Shown piece after piece: positions 10,535-20,744 of a DNA stretch of 64,000 nt. The stretch is from Pseudomonadota bacterium (GTDB lineage: Bacteria; Pseudomonadota; Gammaproteobacteria; Acidiferrobacterales; Acidiferrobacteraceae), in the NCBI GenBank assembly GCA_021819125.1, contig JAKARW010000001.1, positions 42,278-106,277 of the forward strand, written 5' to 3'. The stretch's first letter is position 1; each line of letters starts with the position of its first letter. Under the pieces are notes generated by a model. The model saw only the letters and a program-made list of their open reading frames with translations, was not told the origin of the DNA and did not search any database. The position numbers were made by a program, and so were the translations under genes.

Positions 10535-10848
10535 TGGCGGGCAATAAGGAGACGATCCATATCTCCGTGCTCGGCAAGGATTTCGCGGTGTCCTGTCCGG
10601 AGGACGAGCGGGAGGCCTTGGCCAAGGCAGCACGCTATGTCGACCTGCGTATGCAGGAAGGCCAGCGTGGTGGCCGGACGGTCAATATCGAGCGGCACGC
10701 CGTGATGGCGGCGCTCAATATGGCCTATGAACTACTGCGGTTGCGGGAACAGTCGGTGTCGACGTCGGGTGAGTGGGTAAAGCGCGTCGAATTGCTCACC
10801 GACAAAGTGGAGCGGGTTTTACGAGATGAGTTAAAGGAGCGGCCTTGA
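10534..10848 (+). CDS. zapA: Cell-division protein ZapA
   Basis: 104 aa, 'ISVLGKDFAVSCPEDEREALAKAARYVD'. Followed by 6S RNA and ygfA, as in E. coli. Confidence 0.85.
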   Translation: MAGNKETIHISVLGKDFAVSCPEDEREALAKAARYVDLRMQEGQRGGRTVNIERHAVMAALNMAYELLRLREQSVSTSGEWVKRVELLTDKVERVLRDELKERP

Positions 10849-10857
10849 GTATCATTA

Positions 10858-11075
10858 AAAGGTCGTTTGCGGGTTTGGCGCCCCCTGCGGTGTTCGTAGC
10901 CATTCCGTGCCCCTGAACCTATAACTCTTGCCTCGGGAACCACGATCTCGGGTGCTGTTGTGCATGTCCGTCTCGAGCGGAAAGCCTGAAGCATCTGGAC
11001 GTGTCCCACTTGAACCTTTGGTTCGAGGCAAAGAATGGTTACGGCACAGGCGGAGGGCGCCTCTATCTTTCAGTA
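10858..11075 (+). ncRNA. ssrS: 6S RNA (SsrS); ends approximate
   Basis: Non-coding gap between zapA and ygfA. The 3' half 'CACTTGAACCTTTGGTTCGAGGCAAAGAATGGTTACGGCACAGGCGGAGGGCGCC' resembles E. coli 6S 'CACCUUGAACCAAGGGUUCAAGGGUUACAGCCUGCGGCGGC'. The 5' segment 'GGCGCCCCCTGCGGTGTTCGTAGCCATTC' can pair with it to form the closing stem. Confidence 0.7.
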
Positions 11076-11089
11076 TCAGTATCGGTCCC

Positions 11090-11668
11090 ATGCGTGACAA
11101 ACACGGTTTGCGGCGCAGTCTGCGCGAATGCCGCAAGGCGCTAGGCGTGCCTGCGCGCGCGACCAGTGCCCGACAAGTGGCGCGGCGTGGGTTGCCACTT
11201 TTGCGTCGGGCACGTCATGTCGGGATCTATTGGCCGGTCGGTTCAGAGCTCGATCCGCGGCCGCTCGCGTATGCCCTTATGCGCGCGCATCGCGCGGTCT
11301 ATCTGCCGGTCGCCGACCGCCACCCTGGACGTCCCCTGGTGTTCCTTCCCTGGCGGCCCCCATTCGTCCGGGGATCCTTGGACATACCAGAGCCACGTTG
11401 GGGCCGCAGGATGCGCGCGCGGGGACTCGACGCGGTTTTGGTGCCATTGGTCGGGTTCGACGCCCGCGGTTGGCGCTTGGGCCAGGGCGGCGGCCATTAC
11501 GACCGGACCTTTGGTTTTGTGCGCAGGGCCCGGGGGCGCCCTGTTTTGATTGGGCTGGCTTACGAGTGCCAGCGCTTGGCCTCGGTGCCGCGTGAGGGGC
11601 ACGATGTGCGCCTGCATGCGGTACTGACCGAACGCCGACTGTATCGCGCGCAGGATAGGCTGGCATGA
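11090..11668 (+). CDS. ygfA: 5-formyltetrahydrofolate cyclo-ligase
   Basis: Position after ssrS; 'GVGFDARGWRLGQGGGHYDR' motif. ATG 11090 chosen downstream of the 6S RNA. Confidence 0.85.
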   Translation: MRDKHGLRRSLRECRKALGVPARATSARQVARRGLPLLRRARHVGIYWPVGSELDPRPLAYALMRAHRAVYLPVADRHPGRPLVFLPWRPPFVRGSLDIPEPRWGRRMRARGLDAVLVPLVGFDARGWRLGQGGGHYDRTFGFVRRARGRPVLIGLAYECQRLASVPREGHDVRLHAVLTERRLYRAQDRLA

Positions 11669-12450
11669 ATATCTTGTTTATCGGGGACGTCGTCGGCGAT
11701 GCCGGCCGCCGGGTATTGTTGGCAAGACTTCCGGTGCTGCAGGAGCGCCTGAGGATCGATCTCACGATCGTCAATATCGAGAACGCCGCCGGAGGTTTCG
11801 GGGTTACCGAAAAGATCCTGCGCGAATGCCTTGCCCACAAGATCGACGTCTTGAGCACCGGCAACCACGTCTTCGACAAGCGCGAGGCGGTGGAATTGGT
11901 GGGTCGCGAGCCGCGGCTGTTGCGGCCTCACAACTATCCGGTGGGCACCCCCGGCAGCGGCTGGTATGTGGGGAAGACGCGCGGCGGCGAGCCGTTTGCG
12001 GTCCTGAACGTCATGGGCACGGCGTTCATGCAACCGGTGCTCGATTGCCCATTCGCCTGTGCCCGGACCGCACTTAAGACAAGGCCCGAGGATGTGAAGG
12101 CGGTGCTGGTCGATTGTCACGCCGAAACGACGAGCGAGAAGATGGCCATGGGCTGGTTTCTAGACGGGCAGGTGAGCGCGGTCGTGGGCACTCATACCCA
12201 CGTCCCGACCGCCGACGAGCGCGTCTTGCCCGCCGGCACGGCCTACATCTCGGATGTGGGCATGACCGGCTGCTATGACTCCGTGATCGGTATGAACAAG
12301 GACAAGGTCCTGCGGCGCATGGTCCAGAAGTTACCCGAGCGGCTCGAAGCCGCCGAGGGCCCGGCGACCTTGTGCGGGGTGGTCATAGATGTCGACGGGA
12401 AGACCGGCCGCAGCCGTGGTATCCAACGCCTGAGCGTGCGCGAGGATTGA
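11665..12450 (+). CDS. YmdB-family metallophosphoesterase (TIGR00282)
   Basis: 'MNILFIGDVVG', 'NIENAAGGFG', 'TGNHVFD', 'GTHTHVPTAD'. Confidence 0.85.
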   Translation: MNILFIGDVVGDAGRRVLLARLPVLQERLRIDLTIVNIENAAGGFGVTEKILRECLAHKIDVLSTGNHVFDKREAVELVGREPRLLRPHNYPVGTPGSGWYVGKTRGGEPFAVLNVMGTAFMQPVLDCPFACARTALKTRPEDVKAVLVDCHAETTSEKMAMGWFLDGQVSAVVGTHTHVPTADERVLPAGTAYISDVGMTGCYDSVIGMNKDKVLRRMVQKLPERLEAAEGPATLCGVVIDVDGKTGRSRGIQRLSVRED

Positions 12451-12911
12451 TGGCGTACTGGCTTTTCAAGAGCGAGCCGAGCTCGTTTTCCCTTGAGGAT
12501 CTGATGGCGCGTGGCGCGCCCGAACCCTGGAGCGGGGTGCGGAATTTTGAGGCGCGCAACTTCATGCGCGCCATGAGGCCTGGAGACCTCGGATTTTTTT
12601 ATCATTCGAGCTGCGCAAGACCTGCGATCGTAGGCGAGGTCGAAGTGGCGCGCGCGTTTTATCCTGACCATACCGCCCTCGATCCCGCTGACCATCACTA
12701 TGATCCACGCGCGATCGCAAACCCTACGCTCTGGTCCATGGTCGACGTGGTCTTTCGCGAACGCTACCCGACTCCGGTGACTTTGGCCCGCCTCAAGGAC
12801 TGTCCGGCACTCGCTGGCATGCGCCTCCTCGCGCGCGGCAACCGATTGTCGGTCCTGCCCGTGACCGATGATGAGTGGCGGGTCATTCAGGGACTCGCCC
12901 GCGCAGCATGA
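12450..12911 (+). CDS. EVE (PUA-like) domain protein
   Basis: 'MAYWLFKSEPSSFS...WSGVRNFEARNFMR...GDLGFFYHS'. ATG overlaps the preceding stop. Confidence 0.8.
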   Translation: MAYWLFKSEPSSFSLEDLMARGAPEPWSGVRNFEARNFMRAMRPGDLGFFYHSSCARPAIVGEVEVARAFYPDHTALDPADHHYDPRAIANPTLWSMVDVVFRERYPTPVTLARLKDCPALAGMRLLARGNRLSVLPVTDDEWRVIQGLARAA

Positions 12912-13576
12912 GGTTTTATCACTTCTGGTTCGAGCCGGTCTCCGAGCGTGTGCGGCTTGCGCTCGGGGCCAAAAGGATCGAGCACGAGCGGCTCATCCCC
13001 GACTACGACGACGACGAGACCTTTTTCGAACTGGGCGTGGCCCGCCAGGCGCCGGTGTTGCTGTGGGACGACGGGCGCGTCGAGACCGATTCGCAACAGA
13101 TCCTGCGCGCGCTCGATTCATATCGGCCCGACCCGGCACTCTTTGGTCCCCTGCAGGATGCGCAATGGCAGGCCTTGCAAGGCTGGCGCCTGCAAGCCGC
13201 GGGTCTTCTGGAGAGGCTTTATGCCCCGGTGCGCCCCGCGTACCGGGGTCTGGGCGATCACGCGGCCCATCTTGCCTCGTATAAGGCCTCGATCATGACG
13301 CGTTTTGGTGCCAGCGTGGAGGAATTGGCCAATGACCGTTATGGGACCTATGCGCAGCTCGATGCCTTGACCCAGTTCAAGGATCTGGGGGCATTCCTGG
13401 CCCAGCATCGATTCTATGCAGGGACGTTTTCGGCGGCTGACGTGCTGCTCGCCGCCGATCTTTTTTCGTTGCAGCTTCTCGATGGCATCACTTTGCCGAT
13501 CGACATCATGTATTATTTCGAACGTGTTCAGGGCGTTTGCGGGGTCGACCTGCGTGACGGCCTCATCAGTGGTTGA
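12908..13576 (+). CDS. Glutathione S-transferase-family protein
   Basis: Thioredoxin-like N-domain ('MRFYHFWFEPVSERVRLAL...APVLLWDDG') plus a helical C-domain. ATGA overlap with the EVE gene. Confidence 0.6.
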   Translation: MRFYHFWFEPVSERVRLALGAKRIEHERLIPDYDDDETFFELGVARQAPVLLWDDGRVETDSQQILRALDSYRPDPALFGPLQDAQWQALQGWRLQAAGLLERLYAPVRPAYRGLGDHAAHLASYKASIMTRFGASVEELANDRYGTYAQLDALTQFKDLGAFLAQHRFYAGTFSAADVLLAADLFSLQLLDGITLPIDIMYYFERVQGVCGVDLRDGLISG

Positions 13577-13590
13577 TTGCAGGAGGGATC

Positions 13591-13923
13591 ATGACCTTGT
13601 GCGAGCTTTTGATCTATCTGGATCGGGAATCCGGTTATCCCGTGCTGGATGGGGATTGCGAGGAGACTATCAAAAAGGCCTCGGCCGGTCGCCACAAGGA
13701 CCCCCTGGCGGGGCAGATCGTGGCGGCCATGGCCGCGAGCGTAAACGCTACCACCGCAAAGACGCCGATACTGCGCGCGCAGGCCACGACCGCGCTTGGC
13801 CCCTTGCGCTTAAAGGCGATGCGCGACGATGTCTCGGGTCACGAGCTAAGGCGCATGGAGCGCACGGTGCATGCCATCGACGGGGCATTCAATGATGAGG
13901 CGTTGGCGGCGCGTGGGTCGTAG
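13591..13923 (+). CDS. Hypothetical protein
   Basis: 110-aa ORF with a 'GGAGGG' RBS 5 nt upstream of ATG 13591. No recognisable motif. Confidence 0.45.
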   Translation: MTLCELLIYLDRESGYPVLDGDCEETIKKASAGRHKDPLAGQIVAAMAASVNATTAKTPILRAQATTALGPLRLKAMRDDVSGHELRRMERTVHAIDGAFNDEALAARGS

Positions 13924-13956
13924 GCGCTCGCCCGCGCCCATAGGCGGCCGCTTGGA

Positions 13957-15462
13957 TCAACGCAAAAACAGCTGATAGGCGGGATTTCCGGTCTCTTCCT
14001 GATAATCCAGGCCGAGTGTCTCGAGGAACGCAGGAAGACTCTTTCGTTCGGATGCCGGCACCTGCATGCCGATCAAGACCCGGCCATAGTCGGCACCATG
14101 GTTGCGGTAATGGAAGAGGCTTATGTTCCAGGCGCGGCCCATGGCATTTAGGAAGGCCATGAGGGCGCCGGGCCGGTCCGGAAACTCAAAACGGTAGACG
14201 ATCTCGTCGTCCACAAGACAGCGACCGCCGACCAAGTGGCGCACATGAAGCTTGGCGAGCTCATTATCGGTAAGATCCAGTATGTCGTAGCCGGCGTGCG
14301 CGAGGGCTGTAAATAGGTCGTGGGCATCGTCGCCCTCCGCGACTTGTATCCCGACAAACACATGGGCAAGCGTGGGTCCGGCGTAGCGGTAATTGAATTC
14401 GCTGATGTTGCGCTCGCCGATCAGGCTGCAGAATTTCCGGAAACTCCCCGCGACCTCGGGGATGGTGGCGGCAAACACGACCTCGCGGCGCTCGCCGATC
14501 TCGGCGCGCTCGGCGACATGCCGCAACCGATCGAAGTTCATGTTTGCGCCCGAGGCGATGGCGATAAGCGGTCTGTCTCCTGGGTGTGCCGCGGCATAGG
14601 CCTTGAGTCCCGCCACCGCCAGCGCCCCGGACGGCTCCACGATCGAACGGGTATCCTCGAAGACATCCTTGATGGCAGCACAGATCGCGTCGTTGCTTAC
14701 CACCAGGACCTCATCGACCAGGCGCCGCGCGATGCGCCACGGCTCGCGGCCGACTTGGCGCACCGCGACCCCGTCTGCGAATGTGCCCACGCGATCGAGA
14801 AGCACGCGGCTACCCGCTTTAAGCGAGCGCGCGAGGGCGTCGGCGTCAGCCGGTTCGACCCCTATGATGCGGATCTCGGGCCGCAGGGATTTGACATAGA
14901 GCGCGATGCCCGCAATGAGCCCGCCACCACCGACCGGCACGAAGATCGCTTCGATATCGGATGGGTATTGCTTTAATATTTCCATGCCGATCGTGCCTTG
15001 ACCGGCAATGACGTCGGGATCGTCGTAGGGGTGAATGAAGGGCAGGCCTTGCGTCTCGCTCATGCGTCGGGCATAGGCGTACGCCGCGTCGTAATTGTCC
15101 CCTTCGAGCACCACTTCGGCGCCTCGGGCGCGTACCGCCTCGACCTTGATGTGCGGCGCCACGGTAGGCATCACGATGACCGCGCGGATGCCGAGGCGCT
15201 GCGCGGCGAGCGCGACCCCTTGGGCATGATTGCCGGCCGAGGCGGTCATGATCCCCAGGGCCCGCTCGTCTGCGGTCAGACTGGCGATCTTGTTATAGGC
15301 GCCACGCAGCTTGAAGGAGAATACCGGCTGCATGTCCTCGCGCTTTAAGAAGACCGGGCGGCACAGCCGGCGCGACAGGGCCGCTGCTTCAGACAGCGGG
15401 CTTTCGATGGCCACGTCATAGACGCGGGCCTTGAGGATGCGTTTGAGGTAGTCGCGTGTCAT
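13957..15462 (-). CDS. ilvA: Biosynthetic threonine dehydratase IlvA
   Basis: PLP site 'FSFKLRGAYN', 'GGGGLIAG', two C-terminal ACT-like regulatory repeats. Start at 'MTRDYLKRIL'. Confidence 0.92.
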   Translation of the reverse strand: MTRDYLKRILKARVYDVAIESPLSEAAALSRRLCRPVFLKREDMQPVFSFKLRGAYNKIASLTADERALGIMTASAGNHAQGVALAAQRLGIRAVIVMPTVAPHIKVEAVRARGAEVVLEGDNYDAAYAYARRMSETQGLPFIHPYDDPDVIAGQGTIGMEILKQYPSDIEAIFVPVGGGGLIAGIALYVKSLRPEIRIIGVEPADADALARSLKAGSRVLLDRVGTFADGVAVRQVGREPWRIARRLVDEVLVVSNDAICAAIKDVFEDTRSIVEPSGALAVAGLKAYAAAHPGDRPLIAIASGANMNFDRLRHVAERAEIGERREVVFAATIPEVAGSFRKFCSLIGERNISEFNYRYAGPTLAHVFVGIQVAEGDDAHDLFTALAHAGYDILDLTDNELAKLHVRHLVGGRCLVDDEIVYRFEFPDRPGALMAFLNAMGRAWNISLFHYRNHGADYGRVLIGMQVPASERKSLPAFLETLGLDYQEETGNPAYQLFLR

Positions 15463-16044
15463 CGGGCGGTCTTTGCGTGAGCATAGCAGAGGCGGTAGGG
15501 CTTCGGCCACCGGCGGCCGTGACGCCTTGTGCTTGGGATTTGGGCCGGGCGCCAGGATATCCGGCGGGCGCGGGTTATCATTCGTCCGCCAAGGGGCGTG
15601 ATCCTGGCGTCAAGGGCCATGCGCCGGCCCCGTCGAGCCTATGCGCCACCCATCAGACCCTCTTTCCAGGGGACCTTGGGTCTTTAAAGAAAACCGGCAA
15701 TCATCCGGAGTGTGCCCGCGGGGCCGCCGGCCATGGCGTATCGCAGACCATGATCTATATTTCTTTTGGGGGGTAATGAGACATGCGTTGCATAGTCCCG
15801 TTCATTGGAGGCCACGCCCTGCTCGCCGGTATGTTGGGTGCTTGTGCCGCACAGTGTGTACTGACGATCGGGATTGTCCCGCAGACGTCGCCATGGGCGC
15901 TTGCGCGCCGCCGGACCCCTGTCCTTCGGGCCTGGTCGGCGGTCGCCGGTGTACGCATCGCGTTACGCTCGGCGCCCACGATCCACCGCTTCGAACAGCG
16001 CGTCGCGCGCGCCGACTACGGCCCCGTCCGTTGATGCCGATCTA

Positions 16045-18075
16045 ATGGCCATGTCCTTTCGCGCGAAAATGATCACGGGGATCGTGCTCATCGAGGGATT
16101 GTTCCTGCTCGCGATCCTGATGAGCAGTCTCGGGATTTTGTCGCAGTCGCGCAAGCAGGCGCTCGTGACGCGCGCGGCAAGCGATGCACGCTTGTTCGCG
16201 ACCGCTGCCGCCCACGCGCTTGTGAGCGACGACATCGGCGCATTGCAACGGATCGTGCGTCAGGTGCTGCGTAACCGCGGGGTCACCTACGCCGCCGCGT
16301 GGGACGGGGATGGCCGGCTATTGGCCCACGCCGGACGCAATACCGTCGGCGCCCATACCTATCAGGCGGTCGCGTCGGTAGCAGTCGACAAAACGTCTTA
16401 CGGCAAGGTCGAGATCGAGGTGGCCGACCGCGGCTTCGGACCGATTCTGGAACAAGCCGGCCGGCGCATCATCGTCATCGCCCTGGGCGAGATGCTGCTG
16501 ACGGGTCTCATATTCTGGATCTTCGGGCGCTATCTCATGCGTCAGATCGCCGCCATCGAGGCCGGCACCGCGCGTATCGCGCAAGGCGAATTCGGGTTTC
16601 AGCTGCCGGTTACAGGGGGCGACGAACTGGCGCGCATGGTCGCGGGCTTTAATGGGATGTCGACGCAATTAAAGGCCCTGCAAGAGGAGGCGGCGCGCGA
16701 GCACCAGCAGGTCCTGGCGGCCAACGAGCAGCTTAAGGAGCGTATCCACGAGCGCACCGAGGCGCTGGCGGTCGCCAACCGCGAGCTCGAATATCTGGCC
16801 ATGCACGATCCCTTGACCGGCCTGCCCAACCGGATCCTGTTGCAAGACCGCTTACTTCAGGTGATTCGCGCCGGACGCCGGGAGGCGGCATCGTTTGCGC
16901 TCATGATCCTGGACATTGATGGTTTCAAGGATGTCAACGACAGCCTGGGTCACCAGGCGGGCGATCATCTGTTGCAAGAGGTGGCCACGCGGCTTGTCAG
17001 CCGGTTGCGCCAGTCGGATACCGCGGTCCGTCTCGGCGGGGACGAGTTTGCCATCCTGCTTCCCGGCGTGGCACACGGCGCGGGTGCTGAAAAGGTGGCG
17101 CGCAAGCTTTTGCGCACCCTGGAAGAACCGGTCGTCCTGGGGGATCGGCGGGTCAGCGTTACGGCCAGCTGCGGGGTGGCGTTGTTCCCGGCGCATGGCG
17201 ACGAGGTGGGGGTCCTTTTGCGGCACGCCGACCGCGCCATGTACGAAGCCAAGCGGGGTCGGCGCGGTTTCTTGGTTTTTGCGCCCGCCATGGACGAGGA
17301 AGGGGATAATCGCCTGCGGCTACAAGTCGATCTGGAGCAGGCCATCGGGCATGGGGATCTGGTGCTGCATTATCAGCCCACGATCGATCTTGTCACCGGC
17401 AAGATCTCCGGGGCCGAGGCCCTGGTCCGCTGGCAGCACCCGGTGCTCGGGATGCTGCCACCGGCCCAGTTCGTGCCGCTTGCCGAGCGCACGCATCTCA
17501 TGGGACCTCTGACCTTTTATGTACTGCGTCTGGCCGCCACACAGGCCCGCGCGTGGGCCGAACAGGCGCGGCCGTTACCGATCGCGGTCAATGTCTCGGC
17601 CGTCAACCTCGATGACAACGAATTCGTGGAGAGCGTGGGGCGTATCTTGCAGGATGCGGGTGTTGCTTCCGAGCTGATAGAGCTCGAAGTCACCGAGACT
17701 GCGCTCATGCGCGACCCGGAGCGCGCGCAGGCCGCGATCCAGGCGCTAAGCGAGCTTGGGGTGCGTGTGGCCATCGATGATTTCGGGACCGGCTATTCGT
17801 CCATGACCTACCTGCGCAAGCTTGCGGTCGCGAAGATCAAGATCGACAAGTCGTTTGTGATGGACATGGGTGTCAGTCGTAACGACAGCGTCATCGTACG
17901 TTCCATTGTCGATCTCGGCCATTCCCTGGGACTCAAGGTCGTGGGGGAAGGGGTTGAGACCGCGGAGGCCATGGCGGTCCTGGCGAGCCTCGGTTGTGAT
18001 TATGCGCAAGGATTCCATCTCGCCCGGCCCATGGACGCGCCGGCCTTCGATAGGTGGCGGCAGGAACACGCGTGA
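16045..18075 (+). CDS. Membrane HAMP-GGDEF-EAL c-di-GMP turnover protein
   Basis: Two TM segments flanking a periplasmic region, then HAMP. Intact 'RLGGDEF' with I-site 'RQSD' 5 residues upstream. Intact 'EALVRW' and 'DDFGTGYSS'. Confidence 0.9.
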   Translation: MAMSFRAKMITGIVLIEGLFLLAILMSSLGILSQSRKQALVTRAASDARLFATAAAHALVSDDIGALQRIVRQVLRNRGVTYAAAWDGDGRLLAHAGRNTVGAHTYQAVASVAVDKTSYGKVEIEVADRGFGPILEQAGRRIIVIALGEMLLTGLIFWIFGRYLMRQIAAIEAGTARIAQGEFGFQLPVTGGDELARMVAGFNGMSTQLKALQEEAAREHQQVLAANEQLKERIHERTEALAVANRELEYLAMHDPLTGLPNRILLQDRLLQVIRAGRREAASFALMILDIDGFKDVNDSLGHQAGDHLLQEVATRLVSRLRQSDTAVRLGGDEFAILLPGVAHGAGAEKVARKLLRTLEEPVVLGDRRVSVTASCGVALFPAHGDEVGVLLRHADRAMYEAKRGRRGFLVFAPAMDEEGDNRLRLQVDLEQAIGHGDLVLHYQPTIDLVTGKISGAEALVRWQHPVLGMLPPAQFVPLAERTHLMGPLTFYVLRLAATQARAWAEQARPLPIAVNVSAVNLDDNEFVESVGRILQDAGVASELIELEVTETALMRDPERAQAAIQALSELGVRVAIDDFGTGYSSMTYLRKLAVAKIKIDKSFVMDMGVSRNDSVIVRSIVDLGHSLGLKVVGEGVETAEAMAVLASLGCDYAQGFHLARPMDAPAFDRWRQEHA

Positions 18076-18087
18076 GCGCCGCGTTGT

Positions 18088-18666
18088 CTAGCGTCCATAA
18101 CCGAGCGTCAGAACCACCATGTCGGCGTCGCGATAGCCAAAGAGCGCCGATTGCTGGAATGCGATGTGGTTCCAGCGTATGCCGATGCGCCACAGCCGAC
18201 TGAGGCGGTAAGAAGAAGACAGCGAGACGAGCAGCGAGGGGTGGTAGCCGTTGGTCACGACCCCGGGGCGAATATCGTAGGTGGTGTTCAGGACCTCGGG
18301 GCCGAGGGCCAGGGTCGCGCGCAGCCGTTTGGTGACCGCGCGGGAGAGCCGGTACTCGACAAAGACGCCATCGGTCCCGTGGTTTACGCCCTCATTTAAA
18401 TAGCCGGCCTCCCAATGGGTGCCCGCGTAGTAGGCCATGGCCGCAGCCTTGAACTTCGGTCCGGGTTCATTGGCGATGCCAAGCCCGCCCGCGAACACCA
18501 GCGCCGCGTGCGCCGCCGTGGTACCCGCCATCCAGAACAGCCATAGCGTGATGCTAGGGCGTATTCTCTCCTTCGGACCGCGCGCAAAGCCCGCCTGCGG
18601 CCCCCCTTTCGTTAGTACATGATAAAAATTGTATAGAGAACTAACGATTCGGGGGCATTCTTCCAT
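18088..18666 (-). CDS. Hypothetical outer-membrane beta-barrel-like protein (start uncertain)
   Basis: Signal-like '[21 protein letters not shown]' and alternating beta-strand pattern. Only a vague PagL-like shape, with no His-Ser catalytic motif. Confidence 0.4.
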   Translation of the reverse strand: MEECPRIVSSLYNFYHVLTKGGPQAGFARGPKERIRPSITLWLFWMAGTTAAHAALVFAGGLGIANEPGPKFKAAAMAYYAGTHWEAGYLNEGVNHGTDGVFVEYRLSRAVTKRLRATLALGPEVLNTTYDIRPGVVTNGYHPSLLVSLSSSYRLSRLWRIGIRWNHIAFQQSALFGYRDADMVVLTLGYGR

Positions 18667-18848
18667 ACTATGGCTCCTTCATGTCTCGTGATTTCAGCCG
18701 TTTTTGCCGACCGCCCATAGCACGCTTAGGCCGCGCCCGCCCCCATTTTAGGGCCTGCCCCGGTTTTAGGATAGAGGCCCCGCCTGGGGCACGAGACGGG
18801 CCTTTCGCCGATCTTTTCTTCGCGCCAGGGCCCAGGTATCCTGCGCCC

Positions 18849-19505
18849 ATGACCCAAGACGACATGAAGAAGGCGGCGGCGAAGGCCGCCCTGGAGTTCG
18901 TGCCCCACGGCGGCATCATCGGTGTGGGCACGGGCAGCACCGCCAACTATTTCATCGACTATCTGGCGACCATCAAGAATCGCCTGGACGGCGCGGTGGC
19001 GAGTTCGGTCGCGACCGCCGAGCGGCTGAAGGGGCACGGCATCCCGGTTGTGGATCTGAACGAGGCCGGGACTCTCACGGTGTATGTCGATGGCGCAGAC
19101 GAGGCCACCGTCCATCGTGCCCTGATCAAGGGCGGCGGTGGGGCGCTCACGCGCGAAAAGATCGTGGCGGCAGCGAGCCGGTCCTTCGTCTGCATCGCCG
19201 ATGAAGGCAAGCTGGTCGAGATCCTGGGACGCTTTCCGCTGCCCATCGAGGTAATCCCCATGGCGCGCAGCCTAGTGGCCCGGGAGATCACGACCTTGGG
19301 CGGCGAGCCGGTCCTGCGCCAGGGGTTCAAGACCGACAACGGCAACGTGATCCTGGACGTGCATGGACTGAAGATCCTGGACCCCGTGGCTCTCGAGGAG
19401 CGCTTGAACCAGATTGCGGGCGTGGTCACCAATGGCCTGTTCGCGCGCCGCGGCGCCGACGTGCTGTTGCTGGGGACTGCAAGCGGGGTGCGTCGCCTGC
19501 CCTAG
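18849..19505 (+). CDS. rpiA: Ribose-5-phosphate isomerase A
   Basis: '[12 protein letters not shown]', 'VYVDGADE', '[11 protein letters not shown]'. Start re-picked at '[11 protein letters not shown]'. Confidence 0.92.
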   Translation: MTQDDMKKAAAKAALEFVPHGGIIGVGTGSTANYFIDYLATIKNRLDGAVASSVATAERLKGHGIPVVDLNEAGTLTVYVDGADEATVHRALIKGGGGALTREKIVAAASRSFVCIADEGKLVEILGRFPLPIEVIPMARSLVAREITTLGGEPVLRQGFKTDNGNVILDVHGLKILDPVALEERLNQIAGVVTNGLFARRGADVLLLGTASGVRRLP

Positions 19506-19535
19506 GGACGCGCCGAACTTAAAAAGGAGCGGCAC

Positions 19536-20519
19536 ATGGATGCCTTCGACGCCTATGTGGTCGACAAGGATGGGCGTGGCGTCATTACCGCAGGCCTCGC
19601 GCGTCGCGATATCCGCGAACTTGCGTCCCCCGGCGTTCTGCTGCGCGTGCAATACTCGAGCCTCAACTACAAGGACGCGCTGGCCGTGCGCGGCGAGGCC
19701 GGTATCGTCAAGCGCTTTCCGCATGTGCCGGGCATCGACGCCGCAGGCCTCCTGGCTGACGACCCCACGGCCGGTCCGGTGCTTGTGACCGGTTACGGCC
19801 TGGGCACGGCGGTGTGGGGCGGCTATGGGGATTATGTCCGGGTCCCGGACGACTGGATCATCCCCATCCCCGCGGGACTGACCGCGCGCGAGGGCATGGT
19901 CCTCGGCACGGCGGGCCTTACCGCGGCTTTGAGCGTCGACGCCCTTTTGCAGGAAGGCCTCGTTCCCGCGGGCGGCGAGATCCTCGTCACCGGGGCCACC
20001 GGCGGGGTCGGCAGTCTCGCCATCATGCTGCTCGCCAAACTCGGCTTCACCGTGGTTGCCCTGACCCGCAAACCGGCCGCAGAGGCCTATCTCCGGGGAT
20101 TGGGTGCGGCGCGCGTCACGGCGGTTTTGGATGGCGATGCGTCCGGCAAGGCCTTGCACGCGGCGCGGTGGGCCGGGGCGGTCGATACTGTCGGCGGCGA
20201 GGTCTTGGCCGATGTTCTCAAGGCGGTCGGGTATGGCGGGGTGGTCGCGGCCTGCGGCATGGCCGCCGGCACCCGCTTCCAGGGCTCGGTCTTGCCGTTC
20301 ATCCTGCGTGGCGTGCGGCTACTCGGGATCGATTCCGTGCAGTGCCCGCGCGCCGTTCGCGAAGACCTGTGGACACGTCTTGCGGGCCCGTGGCGACTTT
20401 CCCTTATGGCCATCGAACGGGTCGTGGACCGTCACGATCTCGGCCCGGCGGTCACGGCCCTACTGCAGGGCGCGCGCACGGGCCGTACCCTTGTGGTGGT
20501 CGCCGGCGAGACCGCCTGA
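19536..20519 (+). CDS. YhdH/AcuI-family NADPH:quinone/acrylyl-CoA reductase
   Basis: MDR fold; 'VQYSSLNYKDALAVRG' and 'VTGATGGVGS'. Confidence 0.8.
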   Translation: MDAFDAYVVDKDGRGVITAGLARRDIRELASPGVLLRVQYSSLNYKDALAVRGEAGIVKRFPHVPGIDAAGLLADDPTAGPVLVTGYGLGTAVWGGYGDYVRVPDDWIIPIPAGLTAREGMVLGTAGLTAALSVDALLQEGLVPAGGEILVTGATGGVGSLAIMLLAKLGFTVVALTRKPAAEAYLRGLGAARVTAVLDGDASGKALHAARWAGAVDTVGGEVLADVLKAVGYGGVVAACGMAAGTRFQGSVLPFILRGVRLLGIDSVQCPRAVREDLWTRLAGPWRLSLMAIERVVDRHDLGPAVTALLQGARTGRTLVVVAGETA

Positions 20520-20744
20520 CCGATGTCTTGGCGCGCCCGCCGCGCACGGTCACAATGATGGATAAAGACCGAGCGTCCTTTCGGTTGCGGGAGAGCGCCC
20601 TGCGTATCGTGTTTTTGGTATTGGGTCTGTTATTCATGAGTAGCCCTGTGTTTGCCGCCATGCGAGCCTCGGTCGCCCGTCAGAATGATCGTCCGACACA
20701 GGTTCCCTATTCCGGGTCGTCGCACCACCGGTCCGCGCCGTCGA

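Noticed and set aside
15783-16034. 83-aa ORF with a lipoprotein-like start ('MRCIVPFIGGHALLAGMLGAC') and a G-rich RBS, in the 580-nt ilvA/GGDEF-EAL intergenic region
   Set aside because: After the first 25 residues the translation becomes Arg/Ala-rich and featureless. It cannot be distinguished from chance in a GC-rich spacer. It would need conservation or ribosome-profiling support.
18088-18666. Possible lipid A deacylase PagL
   Set aside because: The barrel-like pattern and an 'IRWNHIAF' segment are reminiscent of PagL, but the catalytic His-x-Ser ('HYSN'-type) motif is absent. Left as a hypothetical OM protein.
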